Positions 19,907 to 29,808 are shown, counted from the stretch's first letter. The stretch: 64,000 bases of DNA from Clostridia bacterium (GCA_017620915.1 JAFZSK010000096.1:1236-65235); one strand, 5' to 3'. Notes: a model not told the origin generated them from the sequence alone. A program made the numbers and translations.

Positions 19907-21988
19907 ATGAAATTCAAAAACGATATCGGGGAACTCGATCCCGCCGAACTCGAATACGCGGAACGGACCCATAAAGCAATAAGGGCGGCAATGACCGCGG
20001 AACTCGCCGCATCGGGCCACCGCAAAAGCCAGATCCTCGAGCAGCGCAAGTACTTCAGCGACTATTTTTCCGAGCTGAAGGACGATGAGAAGCGCGATCT
20101 GCTGAGCAACGAGGCGCTGGACACGCGGTCGTACCTCAGCAGCATGGATCACTTACGCAAGCTGGCGCGGCAGGAGCAGGAACCGTATTTTGCCGGGCTG
20201 GATTATGTTGACGACATCGATCCGGAGGAGCAGAACCGGGTGTATATCTCGCTGGAGACGCTGCGGGATCCGGATACGTACGAGATCATCACGTACGACT
20301 GGCGCGCGCCGATCTGCTCGATGTATTACGAGTGCGAACCCGGACGGGCGTATTTTGACGCGCCCGCGGGGCGGGTGAACGTTGACCTTCTCGAAAAGCG
20401 GCGCTACCGGTTCAAGCGCGGAAAGCTCCAGAAAGTGAGCCGGATCAGTATGCCGTCGGATGACGAGATATTGACCGAAGCGCTGTCCCGGAACGCGGGC
20501 GAGCACATGCGCATCATCGTGGAATCGCTGCAGAAAGAGCAGCACCGCATCGTGCGCGACTACATCGAGGGCATAACCGTGATCTCCGGCTGCGCGGGCA
20601 GCGGCAAGACCTCCGTGGCGCTCCACAAAGCCGCGTATATTTTGTACGGTTTCCGCGATCGCATGAAGGACAACGGGCTGGCGATCATTTCGCCTAACGA
20701 CATTTTTTCCGAGTACATTTCCACCGTGCTGCCGGATCTGGGCGAGGACAATATCAAACCCTACCTTCAGGAAGACCTGCTCGCGGAGGTACTGGAGGAC
20801 GCGGGCGGCGTCAATTTCATGAGCCGGCTCGACGAAGCGGAAAAGATCGGCGAATTCGGTCTGGAAGCGGAGAGCAACGAAGAGTCGGAGGCGCTCGCCA
20901 TCTGCCGCGAACACAAGTCCGCGGACACGTTCCGCCAGCTGATACTTAAATATGTGGAGTATCTGAAAGAACACCTTTTCGTGCCGCAGTCCATGGCGCT
21001 GACGGAAGAGCAGGAGGGAACGGTCTCCGCGGAGACGCTGGGCTACCTGTTCTACACGCTGTTCGAGGATGTGCCGCTGTTCAAACGCACCGCGCTGGTG
21101 CGCGACGAGCTGTGCCGCAAATATAATATACATAAAGATACGAATAAAGCTTATATATTGGCCGCGCTGGATTCCATGCTGCGGGGCCAGACCGCCGCGG
21201 AACTGTACCGCCAGATGTACGAGGACCGCGATTTTCTGGAGGAGTGCGGCATTGACGTCGCGCCGTTCCTGCTGTTCCGAAATATGTTTGAAGACGCCTG
21301 CGCGGTGGGCGTGCTGCACCTGATCCTGGCGGAGCCGGATCTCGGCGGCGCGTTCTATCTGATCTGCGACGAGGCGCAGGATCTCAGCTGCATCTTTCTG
21401 GAACTGCTCCGTCGGCGTTTCCCGGGCTGCAACATGCTGTTCGTAGGGGACAGCGATCAGGCGGTGTTCGGCAATACCGGCGACTTCACCGAACGCATCA
21501 AGTCGATCCTGCCGCGGCGCCCCTTCAAGCGCTATGTACTGGAGACCAACTACCGCTCTACTGCGCAGATCGTCGACTACTCCGCGGCGGTGCTGGGCCG
21601 CGCGCCGGGGTCAATACGCTCCGTCCGGGACGGCGAAGCCCCGATCCACGTAAAACTTGATCCGCACACGGACAATGACGGTCTGGGCCGCTTCTTCGCG
21701 AGCCTGTTTGCCGATGCCAAAGCCGCGGGCTACGAAAGCTTCGCGGTGATAACCCGCACCCGCGCCGCGGCGGACCGCATAAAACGCCTGTGCGGCGCCA
21801 CCGGTATCATTCCGGCGGATCTGCGCACGTTCTTTCTGCCGGTATATCTGGCCAAAGGACTCGAATTCGACGCCGTGGCGGTGCTCGGTGCGGATGATGA
21901 TTATTATGAAAGTGAAGCGGGCCGGCTGGCACTGTACACTGCCTGTACCCGCGCGCTGCACCGGCTGGTGCTGATAGAGAAAGAATAA
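19907..21988 (+). CDS. helD: HelD-type UvrD-like helicase (RNA polymerase recycling ATPase)
   Basis: 693 aa. N-terminal coiled-coil, then PYFAGLDY...VYISL...TYDWRAPICSMYYE (a HelD hallmark as I recall it). Walker A GCAGSGKTSVALHKAAY. C-terminal UvrD_C-like region (LAKGLEFDAV, LYTACTRALHRL). Confidence 0.8.
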   Translation: MKFKNDIGELDPAELEYAERTHKAIRAAMTAELAASGHRKSQILEQRKYFSDYFSELKDDEKRDLLSNEALDTRSYLSSMDHLRKLARQEQEPYFAGLDYVDDIDPEEQNRVYISLETLRDPDTYEIITYDWRAPICSMYYECEPGRAYFDAPAGRVNVDLLEKRRYRFKRGKLQKVSRISMPSDDEILTEALSRNAGEHMRIIVESLQKEQHRIVRDYIEGITVISGCAGSGKTSVALHKAAYILYGFRDRMKDNGLAIISPNDIFSEYISTVLPDLGEDNIKPYLQEDLLAEVLEDAGGVNFMSRLDEAEKIGEFGLEAESNEESEALAICREHKSADTFRQLILKYVEYLKEHLFVPQSMALTEEQEGTVSAETLGYLFYTLFEDVPLFKRTALVRDELCRKYNIHKDTNKAYILAALDSMLRGQTAAELYRQMYEDRDFLEECGIDVAPFLLFRNMFEDACAVGVLHLILAEPDLGGAFYLICDEAQDLSCIFLELLRRRFPGCNMLFVGDSDQAVFGNTGDFTERIKSILPRRPFKRYVLETNYRSTAQIVDYSAAVLGRAPGSIRSVRDGEAPIHVKLDPHTDNDGLGRFFASLFADAKAAGYESFAVITRTRAAADRIKRLCGATGIIPADLRTFFLPVYLAKGLEFDAVAVLGADDDYYESEAGRLALYTACTRALHRLVLIEKE

Positions 21989-22818
21989 TGTCTTTTACGG
22001 CAGATATCAAAAACCAGCTGACGGAGCTGGACAATAAAAAGGCAATACAGCGCCGCGCGGAGTTCTACGGGATCTTTGTGAGCACGGAAGAGTCGCTGCG
22101 CACTCATTCCGCCGCGGTGGCCAAACGCGCCGAAAAAATGTGTCTGCGTGCGGGCGGCGTTATTTCGCGCCGGTTTTACCGCGCCGGCGTAAAAGAAATA
22201 TACGGTCTCGATATGCGCTGGAGCGGCAGCTTCAATCTGGATCAGCCCGACGCGGCCGCGGCGTTCCTGCGGGGCTGCTTCCTGGTGGGCGGCTATATCC
22301 ACGAGCCGGACAGTCCGGCGCATCTGGAGATCAGTTTCCGCAGCGTTACCGCGTACGAGCTGGCAATGGCCGCGTTCGAACTGTGCGGCATCGCGCCCAA
22401 AGGCACTATAAAAGGCCGCAATTATGTGCTCTACCTGAAAGACGCGGAACAGATCTCCGCGTTCCTGGTGACGATCGGCGCAATCCGCGGTATGCTGGAA
22501 TATGAAAACGTGCGCATCACCCGCGAAGGCCGCCGCAACAGCAACCGCGTGATCAACTGCGACGACGCCAACATCAACAAGGCGCTTTCCGCCGGCGCCC
22601 GCCATGTGTCAATGATCGAACGCATCTCCGGCACCGACGCCTTTAGCGAGCTGCCCGAAGGCGTCAAAGAGATCGCGCGCCTCCGCCTCGAGAATCCCGA
22701 GCTGTCGCTTTCCGAACTGGGCGAGCTCTGTGTGCCCCCGGTCAGTAAAGCCGGCGCCGCGCACCGTTTCGCGAAGATCGAAAGTTTGTATAAATCATTG
22801 TCCTGCGAAGCCGAGTGA
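21988..22818 (+). CDS. whiA: DNA-binding protein WhiA
   Basis: 276 aa. MSFT..IK.QL start, LAGLIDADG-like core (FLRGCFLVGGYI), YLKDAEQISAFL, NRV.NCD.AN.NK, C-terminal HTH (LSLSELGEL...SKAGAAHRF.KIE). TAATG overlap with the helD stop. Somewhat shorter than the roughly 315-aa B. subtilis protein. Confidence 0.85.
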   Translation: MSFTADIKNQLTELDNKKAIQRRAEFYGIFVSTEESLRTHSAAVAKRAEKMCLRAGGVISRRFYRAGVKEIYGLDMRWSGSFNLDQPDAAAAFLRGCFLVGGYIHEPDSPAHLEISFRSVTAYELAMAAFELCGIAPKGTIKGRNYVLYLKDAEQISAFLVTIGAIRGMLEYENVRITREGRRNSNRVINCDDANINKALSAGARHVSMIERISGTDAFSELPEGVKEIARLRLENPELSLSELGELCVPPVSKAGAAHRFAKIESLYKSLSCEAE

Positions 22819-22836
22819 ATGACAAATCATTTCCCA

Positions 22837-22914
22837 ATTTCCCGACTCTACCGGCAGTAGAGAACCCTACCGGCAGTAGAATCTACCGAAGGTAGAGAGT
22901 GCCTGCCGGGAAAT
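22837..22914 (+). promoter_or_regulatory. 78-nt element: 8-bp closing helix around three tandem 15-nt palindromes (TCTACCGnnGGTAGA-like)
   Basis: ATTTCCCG (22837-22844) pairs with CGGGAAAT (22907-22914). Inside are TCTACCGGCAGTAGA (22847-22861), CCTACCGGCAGTAGA (22866-22880) and TCTACCGAAGGTAGA (22882-22896). It lies between the whiA stop and a weak TTGACC-18-TATCGT promoter-like site (22918-22947) ahead of comEC. Confidence 0.6.
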
Positions 22915-22972
22915 ATGTTGACCGCGGGTCCTGGAGCGGCGTATCGTTGCCGCCGAAGGGAGGTGTGAACCT

Positions 22973-25297
22973 ATGCCCGGCTGCACGGTCAACGCAGCAA
23001 AACGCCCGCTCCGCGCAAAGGAGTTCAAACTGCCGGCCGGCAGGTTTTGTGTCATACTGCTGCTGGCGGCCGTCCTGACCGGCGGGTTCAGAGTGCACCT
23101 GCTGGGGTTCGGAAAACCGGATCCCGCGCTGCTGGCCTCCCTTAAAATGAAAAAGTCGCTGAGCGGTTTCATATATAAAGCGCCGTGGAACAAAGAGGAC
23201 CGGCTGGTGCTGGTGAACGGCGCGTTCAAAGCGCTGCTCGATACCTCCGAACTGGATGCGGAGACCGCAGAGCGCCTCGCCCGGGGCGAGTTCGCGGAAC
23301 TAAACCATTATTACATTTATGAGGCGGATCCGCCGCGGAATCCGGGCGTATTTGACTACCGGCGGTACCTGCTGTCGCGCGGCGTTAAATATTGTGTTAA
23401 AGTATTTAAAGACGGTGTGTGCTTCACCGGGATCCGCGCAGACAATGCGTTTCCCGGCATAATCCACTTTGCCGGCGCCCGGATCCGGAGCGACATATCC
23501 GCGATGCTGACACGTGAACTGGGAGCGGACGCGGGGGTGCTGGCCGGCGCGGTGATGACCGGCGAGACCGGGGCGCTGGATGAAGATCTGAAAACCAGTT
23601 TTCGCAACGGCGGCGTGTCCCATCTGATGGCGGTATCGGGCATGCATGTGCTGTTCGTGCTGCTGCCGGTCAGGGTATTGTCCCGGAACCGGCGGACGGG
23701 GTTCAGAGCGCGACAGCTGCTGTTGATCCCGCCGCTGCTGACGTTTATGATGATCGCGGATTTCAGCAGCTCGGTGGTGCGGGCCACGATCGGCGCGCTG
23801 TTCGCCGCGGTCTCCGCCGCGCTGGGGCGCCCGGGTGACCGGCTGAACGCGCTGTGTCTGTCGGCGGCAATACAGCTCTTCGTAAACCCGTACGTACTGT
23901 TCGGCAGCGGCTTTATTATGAGTTATATATCGGTGCTGGCGCTGATATTCGTTGCCCCACGGGTGTCAACGCTCTTCAGCCGCCTGCGGTACCGCGAACG
24001 GCCGGGTGTCAAGAACGTACGGCTGACAGATCAGGGAGCGCTGGCGGCGGGCATTGCCGTCAACCTGTGCCTGCTCCCCATGAGCGCGCGCATGTTCGGC
24101 AGCGTATCGCCGGTGGGGCTGATAACTACGCTGTACGCCTCGCCGATGGCGGCAGCGCTGTGTACCGGCGGCTACGGACTATGGCTGTTGGAAAAACTGG
24201 ATTTTCTGTATGTGTTGCGGCCCGCCGCGTGGCTATTAAAGTATTTTTTAAAAGGCGTGTGCCTGCTTATCACCGGCATCGCCGGACTGGGCAGCCGGAT
24301 ACCGCCGCCGTTGGGCCATTTTGCGGTGCGCCGGCCTTCAGCCGCGCTGCTGATAATTATATACGGGCTGATCCTGGTCTGCTGTACCGGCGCGGGGGTA
24401 AAGGTGAAAGCTGTTGTCCGCGCATTGGTGGAAAAGCTCCGGACGCGGCGCCTATATCGTGTCGCTGCGGCGCTGGCGGCAGTTGCGACGCTATTGACCG
24501 CAGTGTGCGCATATCGTGCCAGACCGCTGATAAACGCGCTGGTGATCGACGTGGGCCAGGGCAGTTCCATGCTGGTGAGCGCCGACGGTTATAACGGGCT
24601 GGTGGACGTGGGCAGCGGAAAAACAGACGTGGCCCGGGTGGTGCGGGCGCAGGGGATCGAGCGGCTGGACTATATCGTATTGACCCACGGCCATACGGAT
24701 CACGCAGGCGGCCTGGAAGGGGTGCTGGAGGAGTTTTCGGCGGGGAGGTTATATGTGAGTGCCGACACGAGCCCAAGCCTCTCAGCGGCCGTCAGAGAGG
24801 CCTTAAACGCGGGATGGGAGGTAGCGCGGGTCAACGACGGCGATCTGGTGAAACTGGGCCGGGTGTCAATGCGCTTCGCGGCAGCGGAACGCTTCTTCGG
24901 CGGCGCCAGCGACAGCGATGAGAACAACGCCTCCCTCTGCGTCACCTACTCCTGCGCGTACGGCAGCCTGACCGTGGCGGGAGACCTGCAGACCGAAGGG
25001 GAGGACGCGCTGGCCGCTGCGGGCCGGTTCAGCGACATCGATGTGCTGATCGCGCCGCATCACGGTTCGGCGTCCGGCAGCGGCGTAAAAATGCTGTCGC
25101 TAACGCGGCCCGAATATGCTATAATCAGCGTGGGGCTGAAGAACAGCTACGGACATCCGTCGAAAGAGGCGCTCGAACGGCTCGAAGCCGCCGGCGCCCG
25201 GGTGTACCGCACCGACAACGGCGGCGGCACGCGCATAACGATAGGCAGACGTTGTCTATTCCGCAGGGAGCGGATCAGGATATGGCAGACACTTTAA
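22973..25297 (+). CDS. comEC: DNA internalization-related competence protein ComEC/Rec2
   Basis: 774 aa. GGGAGG RBS. Multi-TM competence domain (SHLMAVSGMHV motif) and a C-terminal metallo-beta-lactamase domain (VLTHGHTDHAGG). Confidence 0.85.
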   Translation: MPGCTVNAAKRPLRAKEFKLPAGRFCVILLLAAVLTGGFRVHLLGFGKPDPALLASLKMKKSLSGFIYKAPWNKEDRLVLVNGAFKALLDTSELDAETAERLARGEFAELNHYYIYEADPPRNPGVFDYRRYLLSRGVKYCVKVFKDGVCFTGIRADNAFPGIIHFAGARIRSDISAMLTRELGADAGVLAGAVMTGETGALDEDLKTSFRNGGVSHLMAVSGMHVLFVLLPVRVLSRNRRTGFRARQLLLIPPLLTFMMIADFSSSVVRATIGALFAAVSAALGRPGDRLNALCLSAAIQLFVNPYVLFGSGFIMSYISVLALIFVAPRVSTLFSRLRYRERPGVKNVRLTDQGALAAGIAVNLCLLPMSARMFGSVSPVGLITTLYASPMAAALCTGGYGLWLLEKLDFLYVLRPAAWLLKYFLKGVCLLITGIAGLGSRIPPPLGHFAVRRPSAALLIIIYGLILVCCTGAGVKVKAVVRALVEKLRTRRLYRVAAALAAVATLLTAVCAYRARPLINALVIDVGQGSSMLVSADGYNGLVDVGSGKTDVARVVRAQGIERLDYIVLTHGHTDHAGGLEGVLEEFSAGRLYVSADTSPSLSAAVREALNAGWEVARVNDGDLVKLGRVSMRFAAAERFFGGASDSDENNASLCVTYSCAYGSLTVAGDLQTEGEDALAAAGRFSDIDVLIAPHHGSASGSGVKMLSLTRPEYAIISVGLKNSYGHPSKEALERLEAAGARVYRTDNGGGTRITIGRRCLFRRERIRIWQTL

Positions 25298-26286
25298 AAG
25301 GCGAATTGAAGAGCATCGCGGAGATGAAGCAGCATATTGCCGCCGGCACACCGGCGCGGGCGTACCTGCTGTTCGGGGAAGAAACGTACCTGAAAGGACT
25401 GTATGCCGGCCGGCTGAAAAAAATGCTGACGGATGACGGCATTAATATAGTGGCGTTCGACGGGGAATTCGACCCGGACCGGGTGGCGGAGGAGATCGGC
25501 ACGCTGTCGCTGTTCGGAGAAAAGAAACTGGTATATATACGCAACAGCGGGCTGTTCAAAAAGTCGGCGCCGCTGACGTTCCTGGACGGGATCGAGGACA
25601 GCGATACATCGGTGCTGTTCGTGGAGGACGAAGTCGACCGGCGGCTTTCCGCGTTTAAAGAATTTCTGAAACGCGGCGTCGTATTCGAGTGCAAAAAAGC
25701 GGAGGAGCAGGATATTGTCCGCCTGCTGGCGTCGGAGGCAAAGGCGGCGGGACGGGTATTGACCCCGGACGCGGCGCGGCTGATGCTGGAGGGCATAGGC
25801 ACCGACATCAGTACGCTGAACTGCGAGCTGGAGAAACTGATCCTGTTCGTGCCCGAAGGCGGCCGTATTGAGGCGAAACACGTCAGACGGGTGTGCTTCC
25901 TTTCCGAAAACGCCGGCATTTTCGAACTCACCGGCGCGCTGTCGGTGAAGGATACGGGCAGAGCGCTCCGGCTGCTGCGCGCGCTGCTGGAAGACAAAGA
26001 AGACAAGCGCAAAGCGTCGCCGCTGGGGATCCTTACGATGATCTCCCGGAACTGGGAAAACCTGTACCGCACCCGGCTGATGCTGGACGAAAAACTCGGC
26101 GAGAGCGAGATACAGCGGCGCACGAATCAGAAGCCGTACGCGGTTAAGAAGCAGTGCGAACAGTGCCGCCGTTTCACCGCCGAAGAGCTCCGGCGCAAGC
26201 TGGAATTCGTGCAGGAACTGGACCGGGCGGTCAAGACGGGCAACCTTTCCGACACGGTGGCGCTGGAACTGGCCGTGACGGATTGA
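25282..26286 (+). CDS. holA: DNA polymerase III delta subunit
   Basis: About 334 aa from MADTLKG (the tracked ORF begins at a TTG at 25252). YLLFGEE.YL start motif typical of HolA. comEC-holA adjacency is typical of Firmicutes. The start is uncertain and overlaps the comEC end. Confidence 0.8.
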   Translation: MADTLKGELKSIAEMKQHIAAGTPARAYLLFGEETYLKGLYAGRLKKMLTDDGINIVAFDGEFDPDRVAEEIGTLSLFGEKKLVYIRNSGLFKKSAPLTFLDGIEDSDTSVLFVEDEVDRRLSAFKEFLKRGVVFECKKAEEQDIVRLLASEAKAAGRVLTPDAARLMLEGIGTDISTLNCELEKLILFVPEGGRIEAKHVRRVCFLSENAGIFELTGALSVKDTGRALRLLRALLEDKEDKRKASPLGILTMISRNWENLYRTRLMLDEKLGESEIQRRTNQKPYAVKKQCEQCRRFTAEELRRKLEFVQELDRAVKTGNLSDTVALELAVTD

Positions 26287-26303
26287 CGCGGCGGGAGAGG
26301 ACA

Positions 26304-27056
26304 ATGAGACGGTTTTTTATCAGCAGCGAACAGGCCGCGAAGGGCGCTGAAGAAGGGTATATAGATATTGCCGGCAGCGATGTAAAGCACATCACCGGCG
26401 TGCTGCGAATGCGCGCGGGGGACGAACTGGTGTTGACTTCCACGGACGGCCGGGATTTCTTTACCGAGATCGCGGAGACCGGACCGGAGCGCGTACGGGT
26501 GAAAGTGTGCGAGATCAGGGTCAATACCACCGAGCCGCGCGTTGACGTCACGCTCATCCAGGGCGTGCCCAAAGGCGACAAAATGGAGCTTATAATCCAG
26601 AAAAACGCGGAGCTGGGCGTCAACCGGATCGTACCGGTACTGACCGAATTCACCGTGGTGCGGCTGGACGGGAAAGACCGGGAAAAGAAGCAGCTCCGCT
26701 GGCAGAAGATCGCGCAGGAAGCCGCCAAACAGTGCGGCCGCGGGGCGGTGCCGGAAGTATTGACGCCGGTGAATCTGGAGGCCGCGCTCAAAGCAGTGCC
26801 CGAAGATACTCTGAAATGGTTCGCGTATGAAAACGAACAGGATACTACGCTCAAACAGCTGCTCACCGGCGCGGGAGCGGATCTCGGCGGCCGGATCGCC
26901 GTGCTGATCGGTGCGGAAGGCGGTTTCAGCGCCGCAGAAGCGGCAATGGCGGAACGGTACGGGTTTACGTCCTTCACGCTGGGCCGGCGGATCCTCCGGA
27001 CGGAAACGGCGGGGATCGCGGTACTGGCGGCAATGCGGTGCTTTTTTGAGGACTGA
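26304..27056 (+). CDS. rsmE: 16S rRNA (uracil1498-N3)-methyltransferase RsmE
   Basis: 250 aa from MRRFFI (ATG 26304). H..VLR....D (HITGVLRMRAGDEL), LIQG..KGDKME.IIQK..ELGV, RWQKIA.EAA.QCGR, GAEGGF, LG.RILR.ETA. The tracked ORF's upstream extension is Arg/Gly-rich junk. Confidence 0.9.
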   Translation: MRRFFISSEQAAKGAEEGYIDIAGSDVKHITGVLRMRAGDELVLTSTDGRDFFTEIAETGPERVRVKVCEIRVNTTEPRVDVTLIQGVPKGDKMELIIQKNAELGVNRIVPVLTEFTVVRLDGKDREKKQLRWQKIAQEAAKQCGRGAVPEVLTPVNLEAALKAVPEDTLKWFAYENEQDTTLKQLLTGAGADLGGRIAVLIGAEGGFSAAEAAMAERYGFTSFTLGRRILRTETAGIAVLAAMRCFFED

Positions 27057-27089
27057 CGGCGGGGAGCAGTCCCGCCGGGAGGAAACAGA

Positions 27090-29807
27090 ATGAGAATAAC
27101 GATCATCAATGAATATGTCCGGGAGCGGCGCGCGCATTTCACGAACGCGGCGCTGCACGCGTTGTCCGCGGCGGAAAAATGCTGCCGGCTGGGTGAGGGG
27201 GAAGTTGTCAGCACGGGACATATCTTATACGGCCTGGCCGCAGCTAAAGACGGCGCCGCGGGCGCTCTGCTGAGCAGGTACGGCGTGACGCCGGAACTCC
27301 TGCTGGATAAGCTCGGGACCGAAGAAGCGCCGGATACGCTGCCGTCCTCTTCGATCAAATACAGTTACGCCGCGGCACGGGTGCTCCGGGACTGCTATGA
27401 AGGCGTCATGAACCGCAGCGCCGGGGACAGATCCGGCACGGTCGGCACGCTGCATATACTGTACAGCCTGGTATACGGCGACACGGAAGCGCTCCATATC
27501 ATCGGCGGGCTGGGGATCAATGAGCGGGAACTGTTCAATACCGTGGCGGAACTGCTCAACGGCAACGAGATCATGCACAAACGGCTGCTGTTCCAGCTGG
27601 GCGGACTCGAGCTGCCGGAGGAATTGTTAACGCCGGAAAATGAAGCCCTTATAAAAGAGATCCGGGAGCGCCAGGAAGCGGCGCGCCAGGAAGGGCAGGG
27701 CGACGGTCAGCCCGAACAGTTCCAGCCCGGGGCTCCCCGCACGCCCGGAAGCGCGCTCGCCGTGTTCGGACGCGACATGGTGGCGCAGGCCGCGGACGGC
27801 CTCTTCCTGCCGGTGATCGGCCGGGAAAAAGAGATGGAGCGTCTGATCCGCATCCTGTTCAGAAAGACCAAGAACAATCCCTGCCTGGTGGGTGAAGCGG
27901 GCGTGGGCAAGACCGCGATCGTAGAAGGGTTGGCGGCGCGAATTGCCGCCGGAACGGTGCCCGGATATGTGCGGAGCCTGAAAATAATACGGCTGGATAT
28001 GACGGCGGTAGTTGCCGGCACGCGGTACCGCGGCGATTTTGAAGAGCGCATGAAGCAGATCATCGACGAGGCAACTTCGGATCCTAACGCGGTGCTGTTT
28101 ATTGACGAAATACACTCAATTGTCGGCGGCGGTTCGGTGGAAGGCGGCATGGACGCGTCCGCGCTGCTGAAGCCGGCGTTGTCCCGCGGCGCGATGCGCG
28201 TGATCGGCGCCACTACGCAGCAGGAGTACCGCAAGTATTTCGAGCGGGATGCCGCCCTTTCGCGCCGGTTCCAGCCGCTCACCGTGAGCGAGCCCGATGA
28301 AGCGGAAACGGCAGAGATACTAAAGGGGATCGCTCCCGCGTACGAAGCATTTCACGGCGTGAAATATGAGCCCGAAGCGCTCCCCGCGGCGGTGCGGCTG
28401 AGCAAACGCTACATCAGCGACCGGTTCCTGCCGGACAAGGCGATCGACGTAATTGACGAAGCGGCGGCCAAAGTGCGTACGGGCGGGATCGAGCGGTATT
28501 TCGAACGGAAGGACAATATTGCCCCCGTGGGCGCTCCGGCAGCGGACAACGCCGAAGATTATGAAGCGCAGGCCCGCGATAAATACAGAGAGAAGATCGA
28601 ACTGATAAAGAAAGGCAAATTTGAGCTGGCAGGTCAGGCGGGGCTTGAAGAAAAGGCGCTGCGGGAACTTCAGAAAGACGTGGAACGCGCGGCCAACGGC
28701 GCGGCCGCGGAAGCAGAGACAGGCGATCCGGCGGCGGTGAAACGCGTGACCGCGGAGGACATAGAAAAAGTGGTCTCCCAGTGGAGCGGCGTGCCCGTGG
28801 AAAAACTGGGCAGGACCGATTCGCAAAGACTGCTGGAACTGGAAAAAGCGCTGCACCGGCGCGTAGTGGGTCAGGACGAAGCGGTAAGCACCGTGTCCAA
28901 AGCAGTGCGCCGCGGCCGGGCGGGCATGAAAGATCCGAAGCGGCCGATCGGCTCATTCCTGTTCCTGGGCCCTACAGGCGTGGGCAAGACCGAACTGGCG
29001 CGGGCGCTGGCGGAGGAACTTTTCGGCAGCGAACAGGCGCTTATCCGGCTGGATATGTCGGAATATATGGAGGCACACAGCGTGTCCAAAATGGTGGGTT
29101 CGCCGCCAGGATATATTGGCCACGACGACGGCGGACAGCTCACCGAACGCGTGCGGATGCAGCCGTACAGCGTGATACTGTTCGACGAGATCGAAAAAGC
29201 GCATCCGGATGTGTACAACATACTGCTGCAGGTACTGGAGGACGGCATATTGACCGACTCCAAAGGCCGGACCGCAGACTTTAAAAACACGGTCATCATT
29301 ATGACGTCCAACATCGGCGCGCGGGACATCACCGACCGGCGCCATTTGGGCTTCAGCGATGATACCGAGGACAATAAATACGAGCAGATCGCGGACGCGG
29401 TCAAAGCGGAACTGAAGAAGGCGTTCAAACCGGAATTTCTGAACCGTGTGGACGAGACCGTCATATTCCGGCCGCTCACCGCGGAACAGATCCGGGACAT
29501 CGCGCGCCTGCAGCTGGCGCTTATAGAAAAACGCAGTCTGGAGGCGGGCATAAAGACCGAATTCACGCCGGAAGTGGCGGAGTGGCTGGCGGCGCACGGT
29601 TACGATTCGCGCTTCGGCGCGCGGCCGCTCAAACGGCTGATCCGCAAGGAGATCGAGGATACACTCGCGGAGGAGATGCTGCGAGCGCTGGCGGAGGCCA
29701 AAGACGCCGGCGCGGGCAAAGCCACGGGCTCAGACGCGACGCCGGCTGCATTGACGATCCGGATCGGTGTGGAAGACGGGAAGATCGTCGCAAAGCGGGG
29801 ACAATGA
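27090..29807 (+). CDS. clpC: ClpC-type Hsp100/Clp ATPase with Clp_N repeats
   Basis: 905 aa. N-terminal Clp_N-like repeats (FT.AA..AL..A...C..LG...V.TGHILYGL and GTLHILYSL). Two AAA+ modules ([17 protein letters not shown]). Long middle domain. Lies immediately upstream of radA, as in the Firmicutes clpC-radA arrangement. Confidence 0.85.
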   Translation: MRITIINEYVRERRAHFTNAALHALSAAEKCCRLGEGEVVSTGHILYGLAAAKDGAAGALLSRYGVTPELLLDKLGTEEAPDTLPSSSIKYSYAAARVLRDCYEGVMNRSAGDRSGTVGTLHILYSLVYGDTEALHIIGGLGINERELFNTVAELLNGNEIMHKRLLFQLGGLELPEELLTPENEALIKEIRERQEAARQEGQGDGQPEQFQPGAPRTPGSALAVFGRDMVAQAADGLFLPVIGREKEMERLIRILFRKTKNNPCLVGEAGVGKTAIVEGLAARIAAGTVPGYVRSLKIIRLDMTAVVAGTRYRGDFEERMKQIIDEATSDPNAVLFIDEIHSIVGGGSVEGGMDASALLKPALSRGAMRVIGATTQQEYRKYFERDAALSRRFQPLTVSEPDEAETAEILKGIAPAYEAFHGVKYEPEALPAAVRLSKRYISDRFLPDKAIDVIDEAAAKVRTGGIERYFERKDNIAPVGAPAADNAEDYEAQARDKYREKIELIKKGKFELAGQAGLEEKALRELQKDVERAANGAAAEAETGDPAAVKRVTAEDIEKVVSQWSGVPVEKLGRTDSQRLLELEKALHRRVVGQDEAVSTVSKAVRRGRAGMKDPKRPIGSFLFLGPTGVGKTELARALAEELFGSEQALIRLDMSEYMEAHSVSKMVGSPPGYIGHDDGGQLTERVRMQPYSVILFDEIEKAHPDVYNILLQVLEDGILTDSKGRTADFKNTVIIMTSNIGARDITDRRHLGFSDDTEDNKYEQIADAVKAELKKAFKPEFLNRVDETVIFRPLTAEQIRDIARLQLALIEKRSLEAGIKTEFTPEVAEWLAAHGYDSRFGARPLKRLIRKEIEDTLAEEMLRALAEAKDAGAGKATGSDATPAALTIRIGVEDGKIVAKRGQ

Positions 29808-29808
29808 C

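Noticed and set aside
22837-22914. tRNA-like cloverleaf (78 nt, a closing helix plus three hairpins)
   Set aside because: The arms have 5-nt loops. There is no GTTCRA T-loop, no D-loop GG, no 7-nt anticodon loop and no discriminator/CCA context. This is not a tRNA.
26154-26303. Tracked 50-codon N-terminal extension of rsmE. Similar extensions occur for radA (29767-29808), htpG (49857-49889), the M42 peptidase (5521-5550) and the ECF sigma factor (40515-40568).
   Set aside because: In each case an internal ATG with a good Shine-Dalgarno gives the canonical family N-terminus. The extensions overlap the upstream gene or a promoter.
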